In this document: positions 53,948 to 64,000 of the stretch, in pieces
How positions within the stretch are numbered: the first letter of the stretch is position 1
Layout of the letters: every line of letters begins with the position of its first letter
Assembly (NCBI RefSeq): GCF_001194135.2
Contig: NC_068988.1
Span: 91,647,007-91,711,006, forward strand
Length of the DNA stretch: 64,000 bases
Direction of reading: 5' to 3'
Source: Octopus bimaculoides
Taxonomy: Eukaryota
Made by a program: the position numbers and the translations under genes
The notes under the pieces: generated by a model
What the model was told of the DNA's origin: nothing
Seen by the model: the letters and a program-made list of their open reading frames with translations, nothing else
The model's database searches: none

Positions 53948-54333
53948 TGGAGGCGCAATGGCCCAGTGGTTAGGGCAGCGGACTCGAGGTCATAGGATCG
54001 CGGTTTCGATTCCCAGACCGGGCGTTGTGAGTGTTTATTGAGCGAAAACACCTAAAGCTCCACAAGGCTCAGGCAGGGGATGGTGGCGAACCCTGCTGTA
54101 CTCTTCCACCACAACTTTCTCTCACTCTTACTTTCTGTTTCTGTTATGCCTGTAATTCAAAGGGTCAGCCTTGTCGCACTGTGTCACGCTGAATATCCCC
54201 GAGAACTACGTTAAGGGTACACGTGTCTGTGGAGTGCTCAGCCACTTGCACGTTAATTTCACGAGCAGGCTGTTCCGTTGATCGGATCAACTGGAACCCT
54301 CGACGTCGTAAGCGACGGAGTGCCAACAACAAC
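53948..54333 (+). mobile_element. Young full-length tRNA-derived SINE (family D) with 10-bp TSD
   Basis: TSD cctttatatg at 53938-53947 and 54334-54343; (CAA)n tail; highly similar to the reverse complement of 27989-28374. Confidence 0.95.
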
Positions 54334-54419
54334 CCTTTATATGGGTGTGTGATCCACAGACTACATAGCTACCATATATAGTTGATATGTTTGTGTCTAT
54401 GGATCAACAGTGTACAGTG

Positions 54420-54725
54420 AAGGCATGTGGTTTAGTGGTTAGGTTATTCAGCTCACAGTTGTAAGGTTGAGAGTTCAATTCCTAGAGGCACATAGGGTTC
54501 CTGAGCAAAACATTTTTAAGTTGCTCCAGCCCACTCTGCTGGCAAAAACGAATTGTACCTGTAATTCAAAGGGTTAGACTTGTCACATTCTGTGTCCTGC
54601 TGAATTTCTCTCAGAACAACGTTATGGGTATGCATGTCTGTGGAGTGCTCAGCCACTTCTACAATAATTTTATGAGCAGGCTGTTCCATTGATCAGCTCA
54701 ACTAGAACCCTTTTCATCGTAACTG
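54420..54725 (+). mobile_element. Old, CpG-decayed family D SINE copy
   Basis: gtctgtggagtgctcagccactt...gagcaggctgttccattgatcag core with CpG mutated to TpG/CpA. Confidence 0.8.
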
Positions 54726-54937
54726 ATACTGCAGCCATGCTGGAGCACCACCTCTGAAGAATTTTAGTTAACCAATTCAACCCCAGGACTTATTCTATCA
54801 GTCACTTTTACCGAACTACTAAGTTATGGGTGACCTGAATACACAAACATCAGTTGTCAAGCAGTGATGGGGGGGGGGGAACAAACACACACACACATAT
54901 ATACACACACACACATACACATATATACACACACACA

Positions 54938-55135
54938 CAAAGTGCGGGCCAAAGGTTACACACAAAACAAGTTCAATATGCTCCAAAGTTGCCTAAGTTA
55001 TGCTTCAAATTTCTAAAATTGACTAAAATAAAATAATGAATACAACGTATTGTACATGATGAATAACATTAATAATAATAATCTAATATAAATAAAATGT
55101 CAAATGTTTTGATGCATGACTTTTGGCACACCTTT
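54938..55135. mobile_element. Possible Tc1-like MITE remnant
   Basis: Imperfect inverted termini aagtgcgggccaaaggt ... gacttttggcacaccttt around an AT-rich core. Confidence 0.3.
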
Positions 55136-55136
55136 A

Positions 55137-55167
<31 letters not shown>

Positions 55168-55465
55168 ATCATCATCATCGTTTAACGTCCGCTTTCCATG
55201 CTAGCATGGGTTGGACGATTTGACTGAGGACTGGTGAAACCGGATGGCAAACCAGGCTCCAATCTAATTTGGCAGAGTTTCTACAGCTGGATGCCCTTCC
55301 TAACGCCACCCACTCAGAGAGTGTAGTGGGTGCTTTTACGTGTCACCCGCACGAAAACGGCCACGCTCGAAATGGTGTCTTTTATGTGCCACCTGCACAA
55401 GCCAGTTCAGGGGCACTGGCAACGATCTCACTCGAAAATCCTTCTCACTCGAAAATCCTATCTCA

Positions 55466-55509
<44 letters not shown>

Positions 55510-55859
55510 TTTATATACGATGGGTTTTTTTCAATCTCTGCCTACCAAATCCACCCATAAGACTTTGGTCAGCCTGGGGCTATAGTTGAAGACATCTGCA
55601 GAGTGGGATTGAATCCTAAACCACATGCATGGGAAGCAAGCTTTTTAACCACACAGCTACACCTGTGGCTACATTCCCTGGTAAGATTGTTGTAACTCAG
55701 AACCCCTAGAGAGATCTATGCTGACTGAAGTGCCAAAATTAGTGATCCCTAGTCTCTCTCTCTCACACACACAAGTGTGTATGCAGACATTTGTGTGTGG
55801 CCATGCATGTGCATGTGTGTGTATCAGTATGCATATTTATGTGTTTATGTGATCATACT

Positions 55860-56560
55860 TGAATGGGTTGACTTAGGTCTCCTGCATGAACAGAACACCA
55901 CAACTTGTTGCAGTTATATCTCTGTCAGCTTTCACTCGTTCATCCCTTGTTTTCTTTTACTGGATCACCTTGTACACCTTTACTCACATGTTCATGCCAG
56001 CCCAATCTTCCACTTTTACATACCACATCTGATTTCTCAAATTGCTAACTTTTTTCTCAGCTCACACATATTTCATCATTCATACACACTGACATTACAC
56101 ATATTCAAACAACGTGAACGTGTTCACCTCATTTCTTTCCAGCTTTCACACACCCTCCAAAAATCGATACCCTTCTTCTAATACAATGCAACATAACACT
56201 TCACACAGTCATAGCATCTATAATCTGCATTTCTTTCAGAGAAACAAATCCTTTTGTTGCCAGCATAGGTAACAGTTCCCTGAACCGTTCCCACTCTAAT
56301 CTTACGCTGAACACTCTCCCCCAATGCTAATTAGGTCACCTAGGTAACAGGAGCTATTGATAGAATTTATTTTATCAGTACTCTTACTCACTAACCATTA
56401 CTGCACATCTAGATACAAAGACTCTGCCAAGCTTGCCTATGATCCTATTGCACCTCCTGTGCACCCATATGGAATCCCTCCCTCCTCTTTTCCTGCATAG
56501 TGAACATCTATCTCACAGATGGCAGTTAAGTTATGTTTTCTTTCCTGCTAACGAAAATTG
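55860..56560 (-). mobile_element. RTE-clade LINE 3' fragment
   Basis: Minus strand LGDLISIGGECS...IRVG--RFRELLPMLATKG, continuing into the RTE C-terminus. Confidence 0.7.
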
Positions 56561-56799
56561 CTGTATTCGTTAGGTTTACATTATAACTTCTTGAATCTAG
56601 GCTTCGCTTATACCATGGAAAATACAAAATAGTTTAGTGGCACAACAGAGCTAAGATACCCATGCATCATCATAGGGAGTAAGGTTGTGGAGTACTTTGG
56701 TTTCCAGGATTGAAATGAACATAGGGTTGTTAGCTGTGATACATATGGCAATATGTGAGGTCTAGTTAATGGGAGAGTTTTGTATGAGGTGGAGAGACT

Positions 56800-56974
56800 G
56801 AAGACTTGATAAGGTGAGAGAGAAGGAGAAAGAGAAAGAAAGAGTGAGCGAGAGTGAATCAAAGAAAAACGATGAGTGTATATCATAGAGGAAGTGTGTG
56901 CACGAAGGAGATGTGTGTGTATGTGTGAGTGTGTTTTTGTACTGGAAAGAGAGGGTGTGTTTATGTATGTGTAA

Positions 56975-57009
<35 letters not shown>

Positions 57010-57340
57010 TGTGTCTGTGTGCACGATTGGGTGTGCATCAGTGAGAGAGACTGTGTATTTGTGTGTACGATTGAGTGTACGTGTGCGCGCGCATGTGTGT
57101 ATATATGTGAGAGAGATCTATGAGCCAGAGAGAAAGAGAGATTGCTGTGTATGTGTAAGAGCACAGAGAGAGAGGGATGGATTTGTATGTCGTGGAAATT
57201 GTGTGCCAGGGAAAGTGAGAGAAAGAGAGAAATGTGTGGAAGAAGAGGAGGGGAGAATGTGTTAGGTCTCAGAGAGAGGAAGAGAGATACCTCAGAGAGA
57301 AGTGTATGTGTAGTGTGAGAGAGAGAGAGCGTTAAAAGCA
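56800..57340. repeat. GA/GT low-complexity tract
   Basis: Interspersed (GA)n and (GT)n runs. Confidence 0.9.
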
Positions 57341-57668
57341 ACAAACCAAATTATTTTCCCCTAACTGCTATAATACCAATATTACAAGGGTTAAGGATTA
57401 TTTCAGCTCTGCCAGGATCCCACTAGATCACAAGGGACTTATTAATATTCTATCAAATTAGAAAATAGCACAAGCTTACATTAGTTTTATAGTCACAGCA
57501 CCCCTTGCATCGTCATTAAATCTTTCATGGTGAATAAGTCAAAATTTGCTAACAAAAATTAGTTCAATATTTCAACCCCTACAATTTCTGCACGGTTTGA
57601 TTATCGAATCTTCAATGTTAGCATTTCGGAACGGCATAAATGCTACAACACTACAATCGCTGCCATAC

Positions 57669-57683
57669 TTTTCTCTCCGCCAT
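57669..57683 (-). CDS. Candidate 5-codon first coding exon (MAERK)
   Basis: ATGGCG start (overlaps a YY1-like CCGCCAT on the plus strand) followed by AAA|GTATGG donor; sits at the CpG-retaining/CpG-depleted boundary. Confidence 0.25.
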
Positions 57684-57989
57684 AGAAATGCGCTAGCGAC
57701 AGCAAAATCATTTTAACACCTTTTTAAACACATTCCACAGATTCTATCCTCAAATATATAGCCTAGATATATTTCGTTTGTGTTAGCTAAATGCCGTTTG
57801 AAAATAATGAACACATCATTTCATTGACGTTTTCTTTTTTTAAATGATTAAAATAATGAATGGGTAAGAGACTGCTGCATTCAAAATATGGAAGCCAATA
57901 TTGTGTTTCGATTGAATCTAAAGAACCAGTATTCAGAAATAATTTTTAACAGGTACCGAAGAAGAGGAACAGTTGATTAAACTTAATCC

Positions 57990-58400
57990 CTCCAGAACTT
58001 GGTTTTTACATTATTTTATTATCTTCAATAACAATTGCTTCTTATTTAGAGATAAGGCCAGTAGTTTTGAGAGAAGAGGTTTAGTCAATGTTGTACTTGA
58101 TTGGTACTTATTTTTTTGGCTACAAAAAAAAAAAAAAAGAAAAAAGGAAGGCCAAGTCGATTTCGTCGTGATTTGAACTCAAAAAGCGATGCAACTAAGT
58201 ACCGAAAAGCATTTTATTTGATAATAATATTTGCTTCTAACGGAAGGCCAAAAAATTGCGAAGGAAACTGTTAGTCAATTAAATCAACTCCAATACTTGA
58301 CTGGTATTTTATTTTATTGACGCCTGAGGGATAAAAGGCAAAGTCGACCCAGGCGGAATTTGAACTCACGAAGTAGAGTGACTCAACTAAGTACCACAGA
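57990..58400 (-). mobile_element. Cluster of 2-3 diverged family B SINE copies
   Basis: Repeated ttagtcaat...ggtactta...ggcaaagtcgacc...atttgaactc modules. Confidence 0.65.
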
Positions 58401-59195
58401 GTATATTTCCGATGACGACGCTCCAGCAATTCTTTAAATCAAACCATAAACGCCACATATTCCTCTTCGTTCCCACCTTCCAATAGTAAATATGTAAATA
58501 ATTATCAGATGAGAATCTCCGAAAACCTCGCATCAAGGCAAACAGGTTCCACATTAAAGCAGCAACAGTTAATTATAATAAACAACAGACAGTGGTAATC
58601 ACCAGTCAATAATAATATTACATAATATAATGTAAAACGCCACCAACTAGATTGAGTTTCTGTGTAGGTGACACACAAACATTTGAAGGGAGATAATCTT
58701 AGGTTAACAGGCAGGCTTTTGTTTGTCTTTCATAAATTAAAAACATAGAGGAGTCATAAGCAAAATCATTATCATAATTTCAAATATACGAATATAAGGA
58801 CGTATATAAACATACACACACACATATACACAAACACACATATATGCATATACACATACACACATACATATAATTCTAATACACACACAAATATAAATAG
58901 ACACACTCAACACTTCATTTATATACGTATATGTTTACGTAGCATCATACTGTAATCTGGTTGCTTTGTCCTTGTGGCAAATAAACAATGATCATTACTA
59001 TTTTTAAAATTGTTGCCTTTGCCATTTTCTTTCGAGATATTCTCTCCGTTGCGTTATGGGGAAACGGAAAACAATATTAAGAGGTTCAAAGTCAAGTCCC
59101 AGAAAATAATCAGGAAAATTCTAAAAGGGAGAATTTACCTGAAGAATCGTTTATAACCAAGCAATCATTTTTTACTCTACAGGTATACCACGTAT

Positions 59196-59330
<135 letters not shown>

Positions 59331-60786
59331 CCGAATCACCATTTGTATGATAGTCTGTACCCGTAGATGAGTTTTATAGGGTAAAATCCAGGGTTAACAC
59401 CCAAATGAAATATATATATATATATATGATGCAATTTAAGAAAAATATATCTAACAGATTTTAAACAAATAATCGATGCAATAGTGCGTGTGTGTTTGTC
59501 CACTGCCCAAAACAATCTTAGGATTAGTATTAATAAAAATATTTAGTGTAACAGCAACATCAACAGTAGCCTGTGTGATAATAGTGTTTCACTGGTGGAT
59601 AATGTATTATTATAATGTTGGCCTTTGTTTGTGTCTACGATGACGACATTTAGGTCAAGAAAATACCTATATAAGAAGAAAAACCTTTACCTCTCTCTTG
59701 CTACATGCCTGGTAAAAGTTCCTAGCGCCTTATCAGTCTGCATTAGGGACCATGTAGGGATCTGTTCTAGTAGTTTGGAAGTAGGATCCGACCAAATTGT
59801 AAAGTCTCCTCACCTACGTCCATTCTTATTAAACTCTGATAACAGGAGAGTTCGTATGGCCTTTTTATACGAACCGAAATCTTACGATTTATAGTACTCA
59901 ACTACGGAAGCCTAAAGGCGTGACTAACATAATTATAGCGGTATATATAACAATATAGGGTGTTGAAATCAAGATTTAATTAGAATTAAGCATCTTAGTT
60001 TTATTTATTCTATTAAACATATCGATACAGCAAATAAACTGAGGAATAAATAAATGAAACAGATGAAAATTAGTGAAATTGCATACATTGAAATTACTTA
60101 AATTATTTCACTTCGCATTTTGCGTTGCTCCGGCATAAGCAGATAACCAGATTGTTTCGAACTAAGGACCTCAATCACAATTAGTTATTAGTTATACACA
60201 CATACGTGCTCGTACACACACACACACACGCACTCACACATATACATATACAATGTGCGTGTGTGTGTGTGTGCGCGTTCAAACATCAAATGTTTTTCTC
60301 TGTACGAACCGCCCTACTTTTATTCTAACATCGGTGTTTTGGGGATGTTTTGTTGTTTGTCTATTCATTCTACATTTTATTTTTATTTTCCCTTACATCA
60401 AAGATCCGGTGAATTCAATAAATAAACAAGTGCTGTCGTTGTTTTTCTTAACAATTATGTCACCTTGCGGCCTTCGTACAATAGAACATTTGTTGCAATG
60501 TTCATTGGATCATCTGTGAGGAAATATTTTAATAAATAAATAAACATGTGCTCTCTCTCTCTCTCTCTTTCTCTCCCGCCCTCTCTTTCTTTCACCCTCT
60601 CTCCCTTTCATTCTCACTCTCTTTCTCTTTCTTCCCTACTACTTTACTTCATCCCCTTCCTTTCCCTTTCTCTCTGTATGTTTTCTTTTCTCCCTCTTAC
60701 AATGTTTAAGTTTCTTCTTTCTCTTTCATGTCTTATGCAACTGTCTGTCAGTGTATAAATAGGTTAAGGGGTGATGTACTAAATGT

Positions 60787-60826
<40 letters not shown>

Positions 60827-61009
60827 TCCTTAATTAATTGAAATTACTCTCTTCGTTGCAAAAAGAAAAGAAAACACTTGCAACATTTGTTAACGCTTCT
60901 CAAAGTAAAGGGAGATAATTTTATTAATTAAAATTTATCTTAAATAAAGACGTGATCTTTGTTTGCAGAGGACGACTATGATCATGTTTCGGACTATTTA
61001 ACTTCGTCA

Positions 61010-61160
61010 GCAGAGGCAACTTATGGCACGGGCACAATACCCAGTTGCTCAGAGGCCTCACGAGTCTAGAGACCAAATTCTGATTTATGTATGCTGTGGT
61101 TTGCTGTCACTCAATAAAAAACTATAGGACCCAATGTATTGATTTACCCTGGGTGTTATA
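61010..61160. mobile_element. Possible hAT-like MITE remnant
   Basis: Ends ctaagatggccctg, resembling the right end of CAGGGCCGTCTTA-type TIR elements; left end degenerate. Confidence 0.25.
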
Positions 61161-61619
61161 ATGCTGCTAAGATGGCCCTGCTCGTCAGCATATTATAGTT
61201 TCCACAAGCCTGCTGGTCAGATTTGCCAAAGATTTTTACATATCGAAGAACTACAGTTACAAATAATGTTTGATCAGTATAATTTGCATAACTGAATGCT
61301 TAGTGGTTAAGGTGTTGGACTCATGATCATAAGATTGTGGTTTCGATTCCTGGACCGGGCGATGCGTTGTGTTCTTGAGCAAAACACTTCATCTCATGTT
61401 GTTCCAGTCCACTCAACTGGTAAAAATGAGTAATCCTACGACTGACCAGTATTGCGTGCAGGAAGGAAAATATACGCCAGAGGAACCGGGAAACTGGTTC
61501 TATGTTCCTTACAGAGTAATGTGAATTAACCATAATTTGCATACATACTGAAGACCCATACTGATGGGTCTTCACTTGCATTTATTTCATCTTTGCATAA
61601 AACGTCATCCTGAGTACCA

Positions 61620-61889
61620 TCCAGTGCAGACGATATACAGCACTTTTATTTTAATAAATGTTGCTTACTGCAAGTTGTGGACGATTATTTTATGATTTTA
61701 TTACTTTCGAGGTATTTTCGCGCCCGACATCACAAAATGCGTCTGAATAAACATTGTCGGACAGCAAATAGAGACTCGGACATTGCTTAGAAAATATTTT
61801 TCATTTTTAACCTCGTATATAGTACGCACTAGAAATTTTGACCTTTAAATTTTGGGGGGAAAATGCGGATTATACTCGAGGATTTACGG
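61620..61889. mobile_element. Right end of a pogo/Tigger/Tc2-type DNA transposon
   Basis: Terminus tgcggattatactcgaggatttacgg|ta matches the ...TTATACTCGAG...TACGG|TA type TIR; partner TIR not seen. Confidence 0.45.
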
Positions 61890-62176
61890 TATTTGAAATT
61901 TGTTTTTCAGTTTGAGAAAGAAAACAGAAACCTATCGGTAGTTGTTAATGACTACAGGAGGAGGAGGGGGAGGCAAGGGAGATGAAGAATTAATCTGTAT
62001 CACTAGAAGAACAAGAGAAAATAGGAAAATACCAGGAAAAGTAATCACAGTTGTTATAGGTGTACTAAATACTGTCGCCAACAGATATAACAAGAAGAGA
62101 TAAAGAATTATCCTCTCAAACTAATTATATATATACAATAATGATTGTTTCTAGTGTAGCGTACGCCTTAAGGGAT

Positions 62177-62238
<62 letters not shown>

Positions 62239-62269
62239 TATATATACATGAATACGGACGTAGTGGATA

Positions 62270-62490
62270 ATAGCTAGCCTTCGGCCGCACCTTTGGACCC
62301 TGTTGTGTCCACCACTCTGGTTGGTTGGTATTGGCGCAGTTTGTCTCTTGTTCTATTGCGCGCCAAGGTGCAACCCAACCAATCGCAGCTTTCAGATAAG
62401 GTCGCGTGAGACATTTCTTTCTAAACCCCAGTTTGTGCCGACAGCATGTTATAAAAGTTAGCCTCTCATCGTCACAGTTTGTCAGACTTG
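62270..62490 (+). promoter_or_regulatory. Candidate Pol II promoter (E2F-like x2, CCAAT x2, GATA, TATA)
   Basis: ATTGG 62330-62334, TTGGCGC 62331-62337, GCGCGCCAA 62358-62366, CCAAT 62379-62383, AGATAAG 62394-62400, TATAAAAG 62450-62457; locally GC/CpG-rich. Confidence 0.4.
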
Positions 62491-62764
62491 GCTCTAGACC
62501 TTACATCGATCCCACTCTTCTGCTGGTACTTATTTTATCGACGAACTCAGACCGCAATGCCGGAAAAAAATACTGCTAAGCATTTTGTCCGGTATGCTTC
62601 TGCCAGATCGTGCGTTTATCGATACTCAGTAATAATCTTTTCTACTATAGGCACAAGGTCTGGAATTTGGTTGGGAAAGGACAAGTCAATTACAACGCTC
62701 CAAGGACTCAGTTGGTTCTTATTTGCGTTGCTCCGGCATAAGCAGATAACTAGACTACGTTTCG

Positions 62765-63285
62765 ATGACGAAAAAGGTTGTCTGGTGGACGAGGCTGAAA
62801 GGAATGAGGACAGAGACATTCCTCTTTGGTAAAGCCCTCATCGACTTTTCCAAGTTTCACTTGAAAAGGAAAGTAAGGATGTAGATGGAGGTGCTGTCCT
62901 ATAGTGAATTTACCAAAAGGTGTGTGAAAGTTGCGAAAGTGGCAAAAGTGGATGGTACCGCTCTAAGTGTAGACCTGTGAGTCGGAAGAAAGGAGAAGGA
63001 AAGAGCATTTACCCCAGTATTAAGGGTGATCTTGGATGGTGGGGTTCCTCGATTATCTCTAGAGATCGTCTTGTAATCAGGAAGACCGCATTATTATAAC
63101 ATTTTTCTTCCTTCTTCTTCTTAGTGCCATGTACTATGAGTACTTCGCTTCTTTTAATAAATACCGTGTATGCTTTTCCTTTAACATTTTATCATTCCAT
63201 TATATGTAAACCCCCATACTTTTTTGTCTGTCTTATCATTCGCCATGGTGGCAAATAAAAGAGAATATCATTATTATCATTATTG
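62765..63285 (+). mobile_element. Tx1/L1-clade LINE 3' end (ORF2 C-terminus, 3' UTR, polyA signal)
   Basis: 62765-62980 reads MTKKVVWWTRLKGMRTETFLFGKALIDFSKFHLKRKVRM*MEVLSYSEFTKRCVKVAKVAKVDGTALSVDL* (one internal TAG); AATAAA at 63254-63259, then an (ATT/ATC)n tail. Clade assignment from recall of similar C-termini. Confidence 0.6.
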
Positions 63286-64000
63286 TTGTTCTTGTTTTTG
63301 TTTTTATTATTTTATTGTCTTTGCACAGCTTCTAACGCTGGAGCACTACCAGTGAACTAAGCTAACATTCCTTATTTTTCAAGCACCATCCGGTTTGTTC
63401 CATGTACTTCTCAAGATTTTTGCTTACTGTTCTCAGGGCTTCGACAATTATTGATACTACTACCACTTTTGTCAGTTCTTTGTAATTGGTGTCGCTAAAG
63501 ATTGATCACATGGTTGAATGGATTTGACTATTTGACTATTTGACTTCAATCTAAAAATAAAAGCCCTTTCAAAATTCTGTCAGTCAGATGGATTCTTCCA
63601 TTCAGGCTAATAGGAACGAGATTATTTATTTTGTCAACGGAACCAAATTATTTATTTTCTCTTTGATATTTAATGCTCATTATTACATTCCTGGGCTTTT
63701 CTTTGGATTATCTGTCCCATGTAAGTAGTAGTAGTAGTAGTAGTAGTAGTTGCTGTTGTTGTTGTTGTTAAGGTGTCAAGCTGGCAGAATCGTTAGCACG
63801 TCGGGCGAAATGCTTAGGGGTATTTCATTCTGAGTTCAAATTCCGCTGAGGTCGACTTTACCTTTCATTCTTTCGGGATCGATAAAATAAGTATCAGTTA
63901 CGCACTGGAGTCGATGTAATCGACTAGCCCCCCCCCCAAAAAAAAATTTTGCAAGGCCTTGTGCCAGAGCAGCAATAATAATAATAATAATAATAATAAT

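Noticed and set aside
53948-54030. tRNA gene at the family D SINE head
   Set aside because: A/B boxes are present, but the sequence continues into a SINE body with TSD and tail; it is a tRNA-derived SINE, not a tRNA gene.

Overview
AT-rich eukaryotic (animal) genomic DNA, dense in repeats and microsatellites, with five assembly gaps. From my recall of the repeat families it looks like an octopod cephalopod (Octopus-like); this is inference, not a database result. No complete protein-coding gene, rRNA, tRNA gene or CRISPR array is supportable. Almost all ORFs in the track are microsatellite, N-gap or transposon-derived. The window contains at least five SINE-like families, decayed LINE fragments (RTE, CR1/Zenon-like, Tx1/L1, possible I-group), Penelope-like GIY-YIG remnants, four mariner remnants and TTAA-flanked piggyBac-like MITEs. 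The most interesting signals are: (i) alternating CpG-depleted and CpG-retaining domains, supported by two sister mariner copies, with tiny first-exon and promoter candidates at the boundaries; (ii) a mariner derivative with two different TIRs; (iii) a 92-bp, 90/92-identical local inverted duplication; (iv) a few splice-flanked candidate exons, one with a single in-frame TGA; (v) a compact E2F/CCAAT/TATA promoter-like patch near 62.3 kb. All gene-structure calls are low confidence. I found nothing that can honestly be called a proven new biological system.
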